Shown here in pieces: positions 27,780-36,822 of a stretch of DNA of 64,000 bases. Numbering within the stretch: position 1 is the first letter of the stretch; each line of letters begins with the position of its first letter. Source of the stretch: Spirochaetales bacterium (GTDB taxonomy: Bacteria > Spirochaetota > Spirochaetia > DSM-27196 > SLST01). The notes below the pieces were generated by a model. The model searched no databases. It saw only the letters and a list, made by a program, of their open reading frames with translations, and was not told where the DNA came from. Location: the NCBI GenBank assembly GCA_046538735.1, contig JBKHII010000003.1, positions 18,458 through 82,457 on the forward strand, given 5' to 3'. The translations under genes were made by a program, and so were the position numbers.

Positions 27780-29858
27780 ATGGAACAAGATCGAATCCTC
27801 ATCGTTGAGGATGAGCGAATCATAGCCCTCGATCTCAAGCGCAGACTCGAGCGGTTCGGCTATCACGTGGTAGGCACGGCGTCCGAGGCCGACGAGGCGA
27901 TCGAGCTCGCGCGTCGCGAGCTCCCGGATCTCGTCCTCATGGACATCATGCTGTCCGGCGGATCGGACGGAATCGCGGCGGCTACCGAGATCCGGAAGCA
28001 ACTCCGCATCCCGGTGGTGTTTCTGACGGCGTACGCCGATGACACGACGATTCAGCGAGCGAAGATCGCCGAACCGGTCGGCTACGTGCTGAAGCCGTTC
28101 AAGGAGCGCGAGCTCCACACCACGATCGACATCGGCCTGTACAAGAGCCGCGTGGACCGGGAGCTGCTGCGTCAGGAGCGGCTCTTCTCTTCGATCCTCC
28201 GGAGCGCCGGCGACGCAATCGTCGCGACGAACGCGCAGGGAATCATCCAGTTCATGAACCCGGTCGCGGAGACGCTGACGGGATGGCGCGAGGACGAGGC
28301 GAGAGGCACGGAGATCAACGCGGTCGTGTCGCTGGTCGCGGACACGACCGACGAGACCGTGACGATACCGGTCGCCCCGGATCTCCAGGGACGCGGAGCC
28401 CGCGTATTCGAGTCGGTCTATCTCCAGAACAAGTTCGGTGCCCGCATTCACATCGAGGGCAGCGTCGCGGAGATCCGAGGCGACCGCGGCGAGTTCGAGG
28501 GGCTTACCCTCGCCTTCCACGACATCACGGATATCAAGCGCCTCAACGAAACGGTGAGTTACCAAGCGAGCCATGACGCGCTGACCGGCCTGATCAACCG
28601 CGACGAGTTCGCCACGCGGCTCGAGCGTGTGGCGCAGGCGACCGAACAATCGAACGGCAAGCACACGTTCCTCTACCTTGACATCGATCAGTTCAAGGTC
28701 ATCAACGACGTCTGTGGTCATCTCGCCGGAGACGAGCTGCTGTGCCAGACGTCGAACGCGATCCAGGAGTTCATGGACGATGAGACGGTAGTCGGCCGGA
28801 TCGGCGGCGACCAGTTCGGTATCATCGTGATGGACAAAGACGCCGAGACAAGCGCACGGATAGCTCGGGGTCTCGTAGCGCACCTCAACACCAAGTTCGT
28901 CTGGAAAGAGAACAGCTATAACGTCACGGTGAGCGTCGGTGCCGCTCCGATCTCCCGGGGAAACAGTGCGGTCAACGATATCCTCGCCGCGGGAGACGAC
29001 GCGTGTACCCTCGTCAAGGAACACGGCGGCAACGGGGTTGAGGTTTACAAAACCTCCGACTTCGTCTTCCTCCGGCGCAAGGGCGAGATGCAGTGGATCG
29101 CGCGGCTCACGGAGGCGATCGAGAACGATCAGTTCGCGCTCTTCCACCAGGTCATCGAGCCGCTGGGACGCGCCGAGGAAGCCGGTGAGACGAAGTACGA
29201 GATCCTCCTCAGGCTTCGCGACGCGGACGGCGGGCTCGTCTCTCCGGGCCAGTTCATAACCGCGGCCGAGCGCTACAAGCTCATGCCTTCGATCGACCGG
29301 TGGGTGGTCGCCGCCGCCTGCCGCTACGTGTCGCTCGCAAAGGATCGCGGTATCGATACGCCGGTGATCTGCGTGAACCTGAGCGGGGCCTCGCTCGCTG
29401 ACGACGCGTTCCTCGATCACATCCTGCTGATGTTCGACCGCTACCAGGTCGAGGCATCCGCCTTCTGCCTCGAGATCACGGAGACGAGCGCCATCCAGAA
29501 CTTCAGTCGTGCGATCAGCTTCGTCACCCGGCTCCGCGACGCCGGCGCGACCTTCGCGCTCGACGACTTCGGGAACGGCTTCTCCTCCTTCTCGTACCTG
29601 AAGAGACTGCCCGTCGACTATCTGAAGATCGACGGTTCATTCGTCAAGGATATCGAGCACGATCCGATCGACCTCGCGATGGTGAAGGCGGTCAACAGCA
29701 TCGGACACACCATGGGCATGAAGACGATCGCGGAGTACGTCCACAATCACGCGATCCGGGAGATGCTCCGCGACATAGGAGTCGACTACGCGCAGGGCTT
29801 CGATGTCTCGCGACCGACTCCGCTCCCCCACGCAGAAGAGCTGCTCGCCGGCGACTGA
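27780..29858 (+). CDS. Response regulator with PAS, GGDEF and EAL domains (c-di-GMP turnover)
   Basis: REC 'ILIVEDE..LVLMDIMLSG..VLKP'. PAS 'FSSILRSAGDAIVATNAQGIIQFMNPVAETLTGW'. Cyclase domain with 'RIGGDQFGI' (GGDQF variant). EAL domain 'LEITETS', 'ALDDFGNGFSSFSYL', 'LKIDGSFV', 'QGF'. Confidence 0.9.
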   Translation: MEQDRILIVEDERIIALDLKRRLERFGYHVVGTASEADEAIELARRELPDLVLMDIMLSGGSDGIAAATEIRKQLRIPVVFLTAYADDTTIQRAKIAEPVGYVLKPFKERELHTTIDIGLYKSRVDRELLRQERLFSSILRSAGDAIVATNAQGIIQFMNPVAETLTGWREDEARGTEINAVVSLVADTTDETVTIPVAPDLQGRGARVFESVYLQNKFGARIHIEGSVAEIRGDRGEFEGLTLAFHDITDIKRLNETVSYQASHDALTGLINRDEFATRLERVAQATEQSNGKHTFLYLDIDQFKVINDVCGHLAGDELLCQTSNAIQEFMDDETVVGRIGGDQFGIIVMDKDAETSARIARGLVAHLNTKFVWKENSYNVTVSVGAAPISRGNSAVNDILAAGDDACTLVKEHGGNGVEVYKTSDFVFLRRKGEMQWIARLTEAIENDQFALFHQVIEPLGRAEEAGETKYEILLRLRDADGGLVSPGQFITAAERYKLMPSIDRWVVAAACRYVSLAKDRGIDTPVICVNLSGASLADDAFLDHILLMFDRYQVEASAFCLEITETSAIQNFSRAISFVTRLRDAGATFALDDFGNGFSSFSYLKRLPVDYLKIDGSFVKDIEHDPIDLAMVKAVNSIGHTMGMKTIAEYVHNHAIREMLRDIGVDYAQGFDVSRPTPLPHAEELLAGD

Positions 29859-29902
29859 GAGCCACTACGTGCCACTCCGGCCGATATCGCGTAAAGTGAG
29901 GC

Positions 29903-32782
29903 ATGCGCAAGACAGCAACCCTCATCCTACTCCTCTGTGCCGGCTTCCTGGCGTATGCCGACGATCTCTCGTGGCGATCGGTGGAGACCGAGCACTTCTC
30001 GTTCATCTACCGCCCCCGGGACCAGTGGGCGGTCGACGAGTTGGTCACCTTCGCCGAAGACGTCTACGACGACGTCACCGGCTTCTTCGATAGCGCGCCG
30101 CCACGCATCCCCGTGCTCCTCTTCGGCGAGACCGACCTCGCGAACGGCTACTACTCCCCCGCGCCGCCGCAGCATGTGGGGCTCTATCTCGTCCAGCCGT
30201 CGCTTCCGTGGATGGGCGCCCGCACCGAGAGCTGGCTGCGACTCCTGCTCACACACGAGCTCACGCACTTCGTTCACGCGAACTTCGATCGCGGGGTATT
30301 CCACGCGGTCGGTTCGCTCTTCGGACGGAGCCTTACCGGCCTCTCACTCGGTCTCCAGCCGATGTGGACGACCGAAGGGCTCGCCGTCAACACCGAGACG
30401 ATCTTCACGGACGGAGGCCGCGGAACGGACCCGTTCTTCGAGATGGAGTACAAGGCGCCGGTGATCGAAGGGCGGCTCTTCTCGCTCGCGCAAGCCGGTT
30501 ACAACAGCCATCTCGCGCCGACCGGGCGCTACTACGTGGCGGGTTACTTCATCTGGGAATACCTGCTGCGCGAGTACGGACGCGACTACGCGTCCGAGCT
30601 GCTCGCCGACGTATCCGGCTTCCCGTTCTTCGGCGTCTGGGGACCGATTCGGAGGACCGCAGGCACCCCGATGGGAGAGATCTACGACGAGATCGAGGCC
30701 GACCTTGCGCGCAGGTACGCGCGCGCGGCCGAGCGCGAACCGGCCGAGCGAGTATCGCCGGCCGTACGCTCCAACTACTATCTGCCGACGCAGACCGAGC
30801 AGGGTCTCTACCTCTACCGGACGCGTACCGACCGCAGACCGGCTATCGTCCGGTTCGATCCGGAGAGCGGCGAGGAAGCAGTTCTCGTGGAGATGCCGCT
30901 CACCGACCACGCGTCGTGGAGCGCAACCGCGGACGGTGAGACGCTCGCCTTCGCGACGATCTCGGCCAATCGCGCGTTCCCGGAGGAGCAGGCGGCCTAC
31001 TCCGACCTCTACCTCTCGGACGTGAGGAGCGACCGCATCACGCAGATCACGACCGGAGGCGGATACTACCATCCCGCCCTTTCGCCGGACGGCTCGTACG
31101 TCGTTGCGGTGGAGCGTATTCACGGGCACCACCGCCTCGTCCGATTCGATCTCGGCGCTCGACCGATCCGCGACGGCGCCGTCGGCGACCGCAACGTCCT
31201 CTGGGAACCCGATCGGGCGCGCCTCCACAGCCCGGCCGTCTCGCCCGACGGCTCGACCGTCGTCGTGGTCGTGAACCAGGGAGGCTTCCAGCAACTCGCG
31301 CTGCTGGAGATCGGCGGCGGGCAGCCGCGACTGCTTCCTCGACCGGAGTCCGGCGTGCCGTACTTCCCGGTCTTTGAGGACGATACCACGCTCCTGTACG
31401 GAAACGATCGTGGAGGAGAGCTCGCGCTCTACCGGCACGACCTCGAAACCGACAACGTCACCCGCATCGCCACCGACCCGGTGGGGGTGTATGCCGGCCG
31501 ACCGGCCGACGGCGAGATCGTCCTCGGGTCGTACACGTCCGACGGCTATACGCTGCGGCGAACACCGGCCGACGGCGGCGCCCACGACCCGGCCGAGGTC
31601 CCCACGACGGGACCGAGCGCGCTCGAGCGCCACGACTCTCCCCCTGCCGCCGAGTGGCTGCCGTACACACCGCTCCCGGGACCGGCCCTCTGGTTGCCGG
31701 CGTTCGACCTCGCGGGACCGTGGCTCGATTTGATGGGATTCGGCGCGGGCGCGTTCGTCTACGGTGCCGACTACCTCGGACGGAACACCTGGCAACTGTC
31801 GTCAGTCTATCTACCGGGCTACGGCCAACTCTCGTACGACGCGCTGTGGTCGACCCGGTACGGCCCCTTCGCCTTCCAGACCGGGGCCCACTCGCGCTAC
31901 GCCGTGACGGAGACGCTGGAGCAATCGGTCTTGACGACGCTCCACCAGAAACTCTTCCAGCACCACGCCTACGTCGCCTACGACCTGCTCTCGCGCTCCC
32001 GGCTCGGGTCGTCAAACACCATCTCGGTCGGCGCCGGGGCGAATCACCAGCTACTCTACGTCTCCGGGTCGAGCTTCGGCCTCGGCGGCATCGCGTCCGC
32101 GGGCGTATCGCTCGATCTCCACCGTGTCGTCGCGGGCGTGGACCTCACATTTGTGCATACCCCGCTCTCCTCGCAGCAGGCGTATCACGCACCCGGCGCG
32201 ACGAGAGCTACGCTCTCGTTCCTGACTCCGCTCGACCTTCCCGGTTTCTCGCCGCTCGCCCACCGGACGCAGCTTCGGGGGAGCGGCAACCTCGGGCTCT
32301 TCGCAAGCGATCACGTCCTGTCGTTCGACCCGACGGTGAGCTATGCCACGGCGCTCGACTTCGCCGCTCCGGTCGACCTCAGGGGGTTCGAAGGCCGAAC
32401 CGCTCACGACGCTTCGCACACGCTCAGGGGACGGTTCCATCTGGCGCTCGACTACAAGACACCGCACCTGCTCGTGGACATTCCGTTGGCGGCGAGCGTG
32501 GGGATCACGGAGTTCGGTCTGGGCCTCTTCGCGGAAGCGACCGGAGGGTATGAGGTCGCGACTCCCGAGTTTGCGCTCGATCGCCACGTTTCGTTCGGGG
32601 GCGAGCTCACTACGATCCTGACCTACCTGACGGACATCCCGATCACCGTGGGGCTGGCCGTTCGGATCGATGCGGCCGATCCGGGGTCGTTCGGCGGATG
32701 GCGCGACGTTGGATTTTACATCCAATCGGATCTTGTGGAGTCGATTCCGATCGTCCCGCGTTATCTTTCGAACCAGCAATGA
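29903..32782 (+). CDS. Large secreted/outer-membrane protein: HExxH metallopeptidase-like N-domain + TolB-like beta-propeller repeats + C-terminal beta-barrel-like region
   Basis: Signal peptide 'MRKTATLILLLCAGFLAYA'. 'LLTHELTHFVH' (HExxH). Repeated 'PA(L/V)SPDGS..V' PD40-like blades. The last ~330 aa are alternating-strand, Gly/aromatic-rich, like Omp85-type barrels. Confidence 0.55.
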   Translation: MRKTATLILLLCAGFLAYADDLSWRSVETEHFSFIYRPRDQWAVDELVTFAEDVYDDVTGFFDSAPPRIPVLLFGETDLANGYYSPAPPQHVGLYLVQPSLPWMGARTESWLRLLLTHELTHFVHANFDRGVFHAVGSLFGRSLTGLSLGLQPMWTTEGLAVNTETIFTDGGRGTDPFFEMEYKAPVIEGRLFSLAQAGYNSHLAPTGRYYVAGYFIWEYLLREYGRDYASELLADVSGFPFFGVWGPIRRTAGTPMGEIYDEIEADLARRYARAAEREPAERVSPAVRSNYYLPTQTEQGLYLYRTRTDRRPAIVRFDPESGEEAVLVEMPLTDHASWSATADGETLAFATISANRAFPEEQAAYSDLYLSDVRSDRITQITTGGGYYHPALSPDGSYVVAVERIHGHHRLVRFDLGARPIRDGAVGDRNVLWEPDRARLHSPAVSPDGSTVVVVVNQGGFQQLALLEIGGGQPRLLPRPESGVPYFPVFEDDTTLLYGNDRGGELALYRHDLETDNVTRIATDPVGVYAGRPADGEIVLGSYTSDGYTLRRTPADGGAHDPAEVPTTGPSALERHDSPPAAEWLPYTPLPGPALWLPAFDLAGPWLDLMGFGAGAFVYGADYLGRNTWQLSSVYLPGYGQLSYDALWSTRYGPFAFQTGAHSRYAVTETLEQSVLTTLHQKLFQHHAYVAYDLLSRSRLGSSNTISVGAGANHQLLYVSGSSFGLGGIASAGVSLDLHRVVAGVDLTFVHTPLSSQQAYHAPGATRATLSFLTPLDLPGFSPLAHRTQLRGSGNLGLFASDHVLSFDPTVSYATALDFAAPVDLRGFEGRTAHDASHTLRGRFHLALDYKTPHLLVDIPLAASVGITEFGLGLFAEATGGYEVATPEFALDRHVSFGGELTTILTYLTDIPITVGLAVRIDAADPGSFGGWRDVGFYIQSDLVESIPIVPRYLSNQQ

Positions 32783-33522
32783 GAAACCGAGTACGTATGA
32801 TCTGCCTGTCGCTCGCGTACTTCGCCCTCGCGACCGCAACCGTAAGCGCGGACGCGCTCTGGGACCGGGCCGTGGAGCTCTTCCGGCAGTTCGACGACCT
32901 GACGGCGGGCCGGATCGATTCGTTCTCCGAGCAGTACAACGGGCGCGGCGATCTCGTCTCGACCGAGGAGGGCGAGTACGCTGTGTGGGAAGACGAAGAC
33001 GGAAAGCTCGAGACCCGCATCGTACGCGTGATCGAGAACGGGACGGACATCACCGAGCAACGCCGGAACAACCCCGACTCAAGCGGCATGCAGTTCGGAG
33101 GGAACGGTGGCGACGATGAAGACGGCGAAGACAACGCGTTTGCCGGCCTCCAGCGAAGCCCGTTCGATCCGGAGGAACAAGGCAACGTCTCGATCACCGA
33201 GACGCGCGACGTTCGCCTCGAAACCGGCGAGCCGGCTCGCCGGTACGATTTCGTGCATACGACCGGCCGCGACACACGGAACGTCGGGGTCGCCTGGCTC
33301 CACGTGGAGACCGGAGAACCGGTGCGTCTCGAGCTCACCGTGGAGCCCCTTCCCCCGTTCGTGAGCGAGTTCTCGATGCTCCAGCGCTTCGGACGCGACG
33401 CGCAGGAGCGCTGGGTACTCCGGGAGATGGAGTTCGTGGGTGCCGGGAGCTTCCTTTTCATCTCGAGACGCGTGGAAAGCAGATTGGTTTTCTCAGAGTA
33501 TTTCCGCTCCGAGACGGGCTGA
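32779..33522 (+). CDS. Secreted hypothetical protein (LolA-like guess), translationally coupled to the upstream gene
   Basis: ATG 32779 forms an ATGA overlap. Signal peptide 'MRNRVRMICLSLAYFALATATVSA'. Acidic Gly/Asp insert. No motif I can name with confidence. Confidence 0.45.
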   Translation: MRNRVRMICLSLAYFALATATVSADALWDRAVELFRQFDDLTAGRIDSFSEQYNGRGDLVSTEEGEYAVWEDEDGKLETRIVRVIENGTDITEQRRNNPDSSGMQFGGNGGDDEDGEDNAFAGLQRSPFDPEEQGNVSITETRDVRLETGEPARRYDFVHTTGRDTRNVGVAWLHVETGEPVRLELTVEPLPPFVSEFSMLQRFGRDAQERWVLREMEFVGAGSFLFISRRVESRLVFSEYFRSETG

Positions 33523-33537
33523 GTATACTGTCGCCCG

Positions 33538-34095
33538 GTGGATGTGAAACGAATTTACCTCATGGGCATGAAGCACACCGGAAAGAGCGTACACGGTAAG
33601 GCGATCGCCGCCGCGCTGGGAAGGAAGTTCTGCGATACCGACGCGCTGATCCAGGAGCTCGACTCCACGGAGACGGGCATGCGCCGGACGGTCCGCGACA
33701 TCTACATCGAGGACGGAGCCGAACGGTTCCACCGGCTCGAGATCGCGGCGTGTCGCCTGGTAACCGAGCGCGAAAGCCGCCTGGTCGTTGCAACCGGCGG
33801 AGGACTCTGCGACAATCCGGAGGCGCTCTCCACGACCGAGGGCTCGCTCCGCGTGCATCTGGTGGACTCGTTGCAGTCGATCGCGTCGCGGATCTTCCGC
33901 CGCGGCATTCCGGCCTTCCTCCACACCTCGGACGAGGCGGTGGCGCGCAGGCGCTTCCGTGCGCTCTACGACCGGAGAACCGTCGCCTACGACGAGACCG
34001 CGGACATACGCGTCGATCTGACCGACCTCTCGATCCAGGAGGCCCAGTCCAGGATCATCAACGCCATCGAGGAGTACCAACGTGCCGGGAAGTAG
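33538..34095 (+). CDS. aroK: Shikimate kinase
   Basis: 'IYLMGMKHTGKSVHGKAIA..LGRKFCDTDALI' (P-loop plus the shikimate-binding D-x-D region) and 'VVATGGG'. Overlaps aroC. GTG start 8 nt after a TATACT box (33524-33529). Confidence 0.75.
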   Translation: MDVKRIYLMGMKHTGKSVHGKAIAAALGRKFCDTDALIQELDSTETGMRRTVRDIYIEDGAERFHRLEIAACRLVTERESRLVVATGGGLCDNPEALSTTEGSLRVHLVDSLQSIASRIFRRGIPAFLHTSDEAVARRRFRALYDRRTVAYDETADIRVDLTDLSIQEAQSRIINAIEEYQRAGK

Positions 34096-35137
34096 CTTTG
34101 GTCACGCGTTTCGGGTGACGACCTTCGGGGAATCACACGGCGGAGCCGTCGGTGTGGTCGTAGACGGGGTTACTCCTCAGCTGGAGCTCTCGGCCGAAGA
34201 CGTCCAGGAGCAGCTCGATCGCCGCAAACCGGGGCAGAGTTTTATCACGACCCCGCGAAACGAGCCTGACACGGTCAACATCCTCTCGGGCGTCTTCGAG
34301 GGACGGACGACGGGAACCCCGCTCCTGATGATTCTCTACAACTCGGATGCACAGCCCTCCGCGTACGACGAGATCAAGTCGATGTTCCGGCCGGGCCACG
34401 CCGACTTCACCTACCTCAAGAAGTACGGCATCCGGGACTATCGCGGAAGCGGACGCGCGAGCGGACGAGAAACCGCCGGACGAGTCGCCGCAGGCGCGGT
34501 CGCGCGTAAGCTGCTGCGACGGAGGGGCGTCTCGGTCGTCGCGTATACGCTTCGTGCGGCAGGAATCCAGTGTGAGCGCTACGACCCGGATCAGATCGAG
34601 AACAACATGCTTCGCGCGTGCGACCCGGACGCCGCCGAACGGATGTTGGAGCGGATCGCCGAGATCAAGGAGCGCGAGGACAGCGTGGGCGGAGTCGTGG
34701 AGTGCCGTGTCTCCGGCGTTGAGCCGGGAATCGGCGAGCCGGTCTTTGATAAGCTGGACGCGGAGCTGGCCCACGCGATGCTCAGCGTGGGCGCGGTCAA
34801 GGGGATCGAGTTCGGCGCCGGCTTCGCGGCGGCGGACATGACCGGCAGCGAGCACAACGACGAGATGGGAGCCGGAGGCTTCCTCACGAACAACGCCGGA
34901 GGAATCGTGGGAGGCATATCCTCGGGAGCGGAGATCGTCTTCCGGGTGGCGGTGAAGCCGGTCAGCTCGATCTCAAGAGAGCAGCGGACCGTTGACGTGG
35001 ACGGAAAGGAACGGACGATTCGCACCGAGGGCAGACACGACGCATGCATCTGTCCGCGAATCGTCCCGGTGGTTGAAGCTATGGCCTGCCTCGTGATCGA
35101 AGACCACTACAAGCGGCAGGCAGCGCTGTTCGCGTAG
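34082..35137 (+). CDS. aroC: Chorismate synthase
   Basis: 'FGHAFRVTTFGESHGGAVG', 'RPGHADFTY..KYGIRDYRGSGRASGRETA', 'GGISSG', 'GRHDACI'. Confidence 0.95.
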   Translation: MPGSSFGHAFRVTTFGESHGGAVGVVVDGVTPQLELSAEDVQEQLDRRKPGQSFITTPRNEPDTVNILSGVFEGRTTGTPLLMILYNSDAQPSAYDEIKSMFRPGHADFTYLKKYGIRDYRGSGRASGRETAGRVAAGAVARKLLRRRGVSVVAYTLRAAGIQCERYDPDQIENNMLRACDPDAAERMLERIAEIKEREDSVGGVVECRVSGVEPGIGEPVFDKLDAELAHAMLSVGAVKGIEFGAGFAAADMTGSEHNDEMGAGGFLTNNAGGIVGGISSGAEIVFRVAVKPVSSISREQRTVDVDGKERTIRTEGRHDACICPRIVPVVEAMACLVIEDHYKRQAALFA

Positions 35138-35138
35138 C

Positions 35139-35167
35139 GCGACGGTGCTCTCACGAGCTCCCGTCGC
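35139..35167. terminator. Possible bidirectional hairpin between convergent aroC and rubredoxin genes
   Basis: GCGACGG-t-GCTC-tcac-GAGC-tc-CCGTCGC gives 11 bp in two stacked stems. No flanking U/A tract, so intrinsic-terminator status is doubtful. Confidence 0.3.
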
Positions 35168-35173
35168 CCGGAT

Positions 35174-35335
35174 CTACTCTTCCGGCGAGAAGTCTTCCTT
35201 CAGGGCGCCGCACATCGGACAAACCCAATCCTCGGGAAGATCGGCGAACGCCGTTCCGGGCTCGATACCGCCGTCCGGATCGCCTTCGGCCGGATCGTAG
35301 ATATAGCCACACACGTTGCATACATACTTCTGCAT
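35174..35335 (-). CDS. Rubredoxin
   Basis: Start at ATG 35335 (M33 of the track ORF), after AGGAAGGAG. '[12 protein letters not shown]...DWVCPMCGA' carries the two CxxC pairs. 53 aa. Confidence 0.9.
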   Translation of the reverse strand: MQKYVCNVCGYIYDPAEGDPDGGIEPGTAFADLPEDWVCPMCGALKEDFSPEE

Positions 35336-35394
35336 CTTCGGAACTCCTTCCTGATCTCTTCGCGGATACAGTTTCCCACCCAATGTAGTGAAAT

Positions 35395-36225
35395 TCACGC
35401 CGATCGTGGACCTAAGGCCGAGTCGAGCCACGCGGTTTCATCCAGCATCGGGTGAATCCCCGGCCTCGTGAGCGCGAAGTCGTAACGCACGGGGTCTCCC
35501 GGAGCGATCGCGCGCATCGCGTCGGTGATCCCCCGGGTCACCGCGAGCGTCGCCTGCTTTCGGGTGGTCAGCCCGAGCCGCCGCGCGACTGTGAGCACGT
35601 GCGCGTCCACCGGGACGAGGAGCGCCTCGGGACCGATACACGACCAGCCACCGGGGTCGATCTCGTCGCGGCGCACCATCCAGCGAGCGTAGAGCAGCAG
35701 ACGTTTGCAGGCGCTCCGACGATCGATGCGCGGCAACAGGATGGAACGGTCGAGTCTCCCGTTGGATCCCTCAACGACCGCTCGTACAAGCGCCTCCAGC
35801 CCCGCAAGCAGCCCGTCGCGGCCGCCCGCAGCCGTCAGACCGGTGGCGAAGCACCGTTCGACCGAGCCGTACGAGCGCAGCACCTCCCTGATGCCAAGGA
35901 GCAACCCTGCCAACTGGTCGGCATCGAAGAAACGGTAGCGGAAGCCGTCCGACACACGGAGCACCTCGGACTCGGTCCGCTTCTCGAGCGCCGCCGCCGG
36001 CGACGCACCGCCCGGGGCGAGACGGACGAGGACCCGGCGTACCGCGGCGAGGATTGCGTTGACGCGACCAAGCGCGAGGCTCGAGGCGATCAGCCCCACT
36101 ACTTCACGATCCGCCGGCGAGTCGTACTCGCGCACGATCTCGAGCGGATCCGGTGAGATGTACCGCGGGCGGTGAAATGCGGCGTAGGCGCGTTCGCAGA
36201 TGCGCCGGAGCTCGACGGGAGACAA
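35395..36225 (-). CDS. DUF2400/TIGR02757-like protein (HhH-GPD-like '[16 protein letters not shown]' motif)
   Basis: Start proposed at TTG 36225, 11 nt after AGGAGG and just past the upstream stop. Family assignment is from memory of the 'P(L/V)DtHv..a..LGL' pattern and overall size. Confidence 0.5.
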   Translation of the reverse strand: MSPVELRRICERAYAAFHRPRYISPDPLEIVREYDSPADREVVGLIASSLALGRVNAILAAVRRVLVRLAPGGASPAAALEKRTESEVLRVSDGFRYRFFDADQLAGLLLGIREVLRSYGSVERCFATGLTAAGGRDGLLAGLEALVRAVVEGSNGRLDRSILLPRIDRRSACKRLLLYARWMVRRDEIDPGGWSCIGPEALLVPVDAHVLTVARRLGLTTRKQATLAVTRGITDAMRAIAPGDPVRYDFALTRPGIHPMLDETAWLDSALGPRSA

Positions 36226-36227
36226 GC

Positions 36228-36755
36228 CTATCCGGACCTCCTGCCCAGATGCGCGAAGATGAGCACGAGACCTACGATCACGAGCAGGACGGGCCACCAC
36301 ACGGCGACGAACGACGAGAAGTCTACGCGCACGAGCTCGAGCGAGAACGGCAGGAATATCAGAGAGAGGATCGTCATCGCGCCGCCGGGCACGGTGAACG
36401 TCACGCGCGACGCGCCCTGCTTGCGAAACCCGTACGCGAGAAAGGCGACGCCGATTACGGTCATGAAGAGCGGCCAGATCCTGCCCAGTTCGACCTGCAG
36501 CGCGGTCGCGGCGAGCAACAGAATCAGACCGGCGAGCAGCAGGCTGGTCCCTATGAAGACGTAGTAGTCCGGCCCGGATTGAAAGACCCGGAAGTAGAGA
36601 AGCACCAGGCCGACGATGATCGGCACCAGCGGCCAGAGGCTGATGAAACGGTGCAGGTAGCCCGCCGTCCAGAGCAGCAGAACGCCTCCGAAGAGGACGA
36701 AGAAGACGCCGATGATGGCCAGCTTGTTCGGAAACCGCGGCGACCTTTCTTGCAT
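36228..36755 (-). CDS. Small polytopic membrane protein, unknown function
   Basis: 175 aa, 5-6 hydrophobic helices. The ATG lies 6 nt after a TACTAT box, so no room for an SD. Confidence 0.55.
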   Translation of the reverse strand: MQERSPRFPNKLAIIGVFFVLFGGVLLLWTAGYLHRFISLWPLVPIIVGLVLLYFRVFQSGPDYYVFIGTSLLLAGLILLLAATALQVELGRIWPLFMTVIGVAFLAYGFRKQGASRVTFTVPGGAMTILSLIFLPFSLELVRVDFSSFVAVWWPVLLVIVGLVLIFAHLGRRSG

Positions 36756-36761
36756 GGAATC

Positions 36762-36790
36762 ATAGTATCGATTCCATCGCCCATTGCCAA
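36762..36790 (-). promoter_or_regulatory. Putative promoter TTGGCA - 17 nt - TACTAT - 6 nt - ATG (leaderless configuration)
   Basis: The minus strand reads TTGGCAatgggcgatggaatcgaTACTATgattccATG. The -35 overlaps the -35 of the divergent plus-strand promoter. Confidence 0.45.
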
Positions 36791-36812
36791 TGAGCGGTCC
36801 TCACCGTATACT
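36784..36812 (+). promoter_or_regulatory. Putative promoter TTGCCA - 17 nt - TATACT - 10 nt - ATG
   Basis: TTGCCA at 36784-36789, TATACT at 36807-36812, ATG at 36823. No SD. Confidence 0.45.
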
Positions 36813-36822
36813 CGGCGTGACG

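Noticed and set aside
27762-29420. 552-aa minus-strand ORF
   Set aside because: It is antisense to the REC-PAS-GGDEF-EAL gene, which has complete domain signatures. The antisense translation has none.
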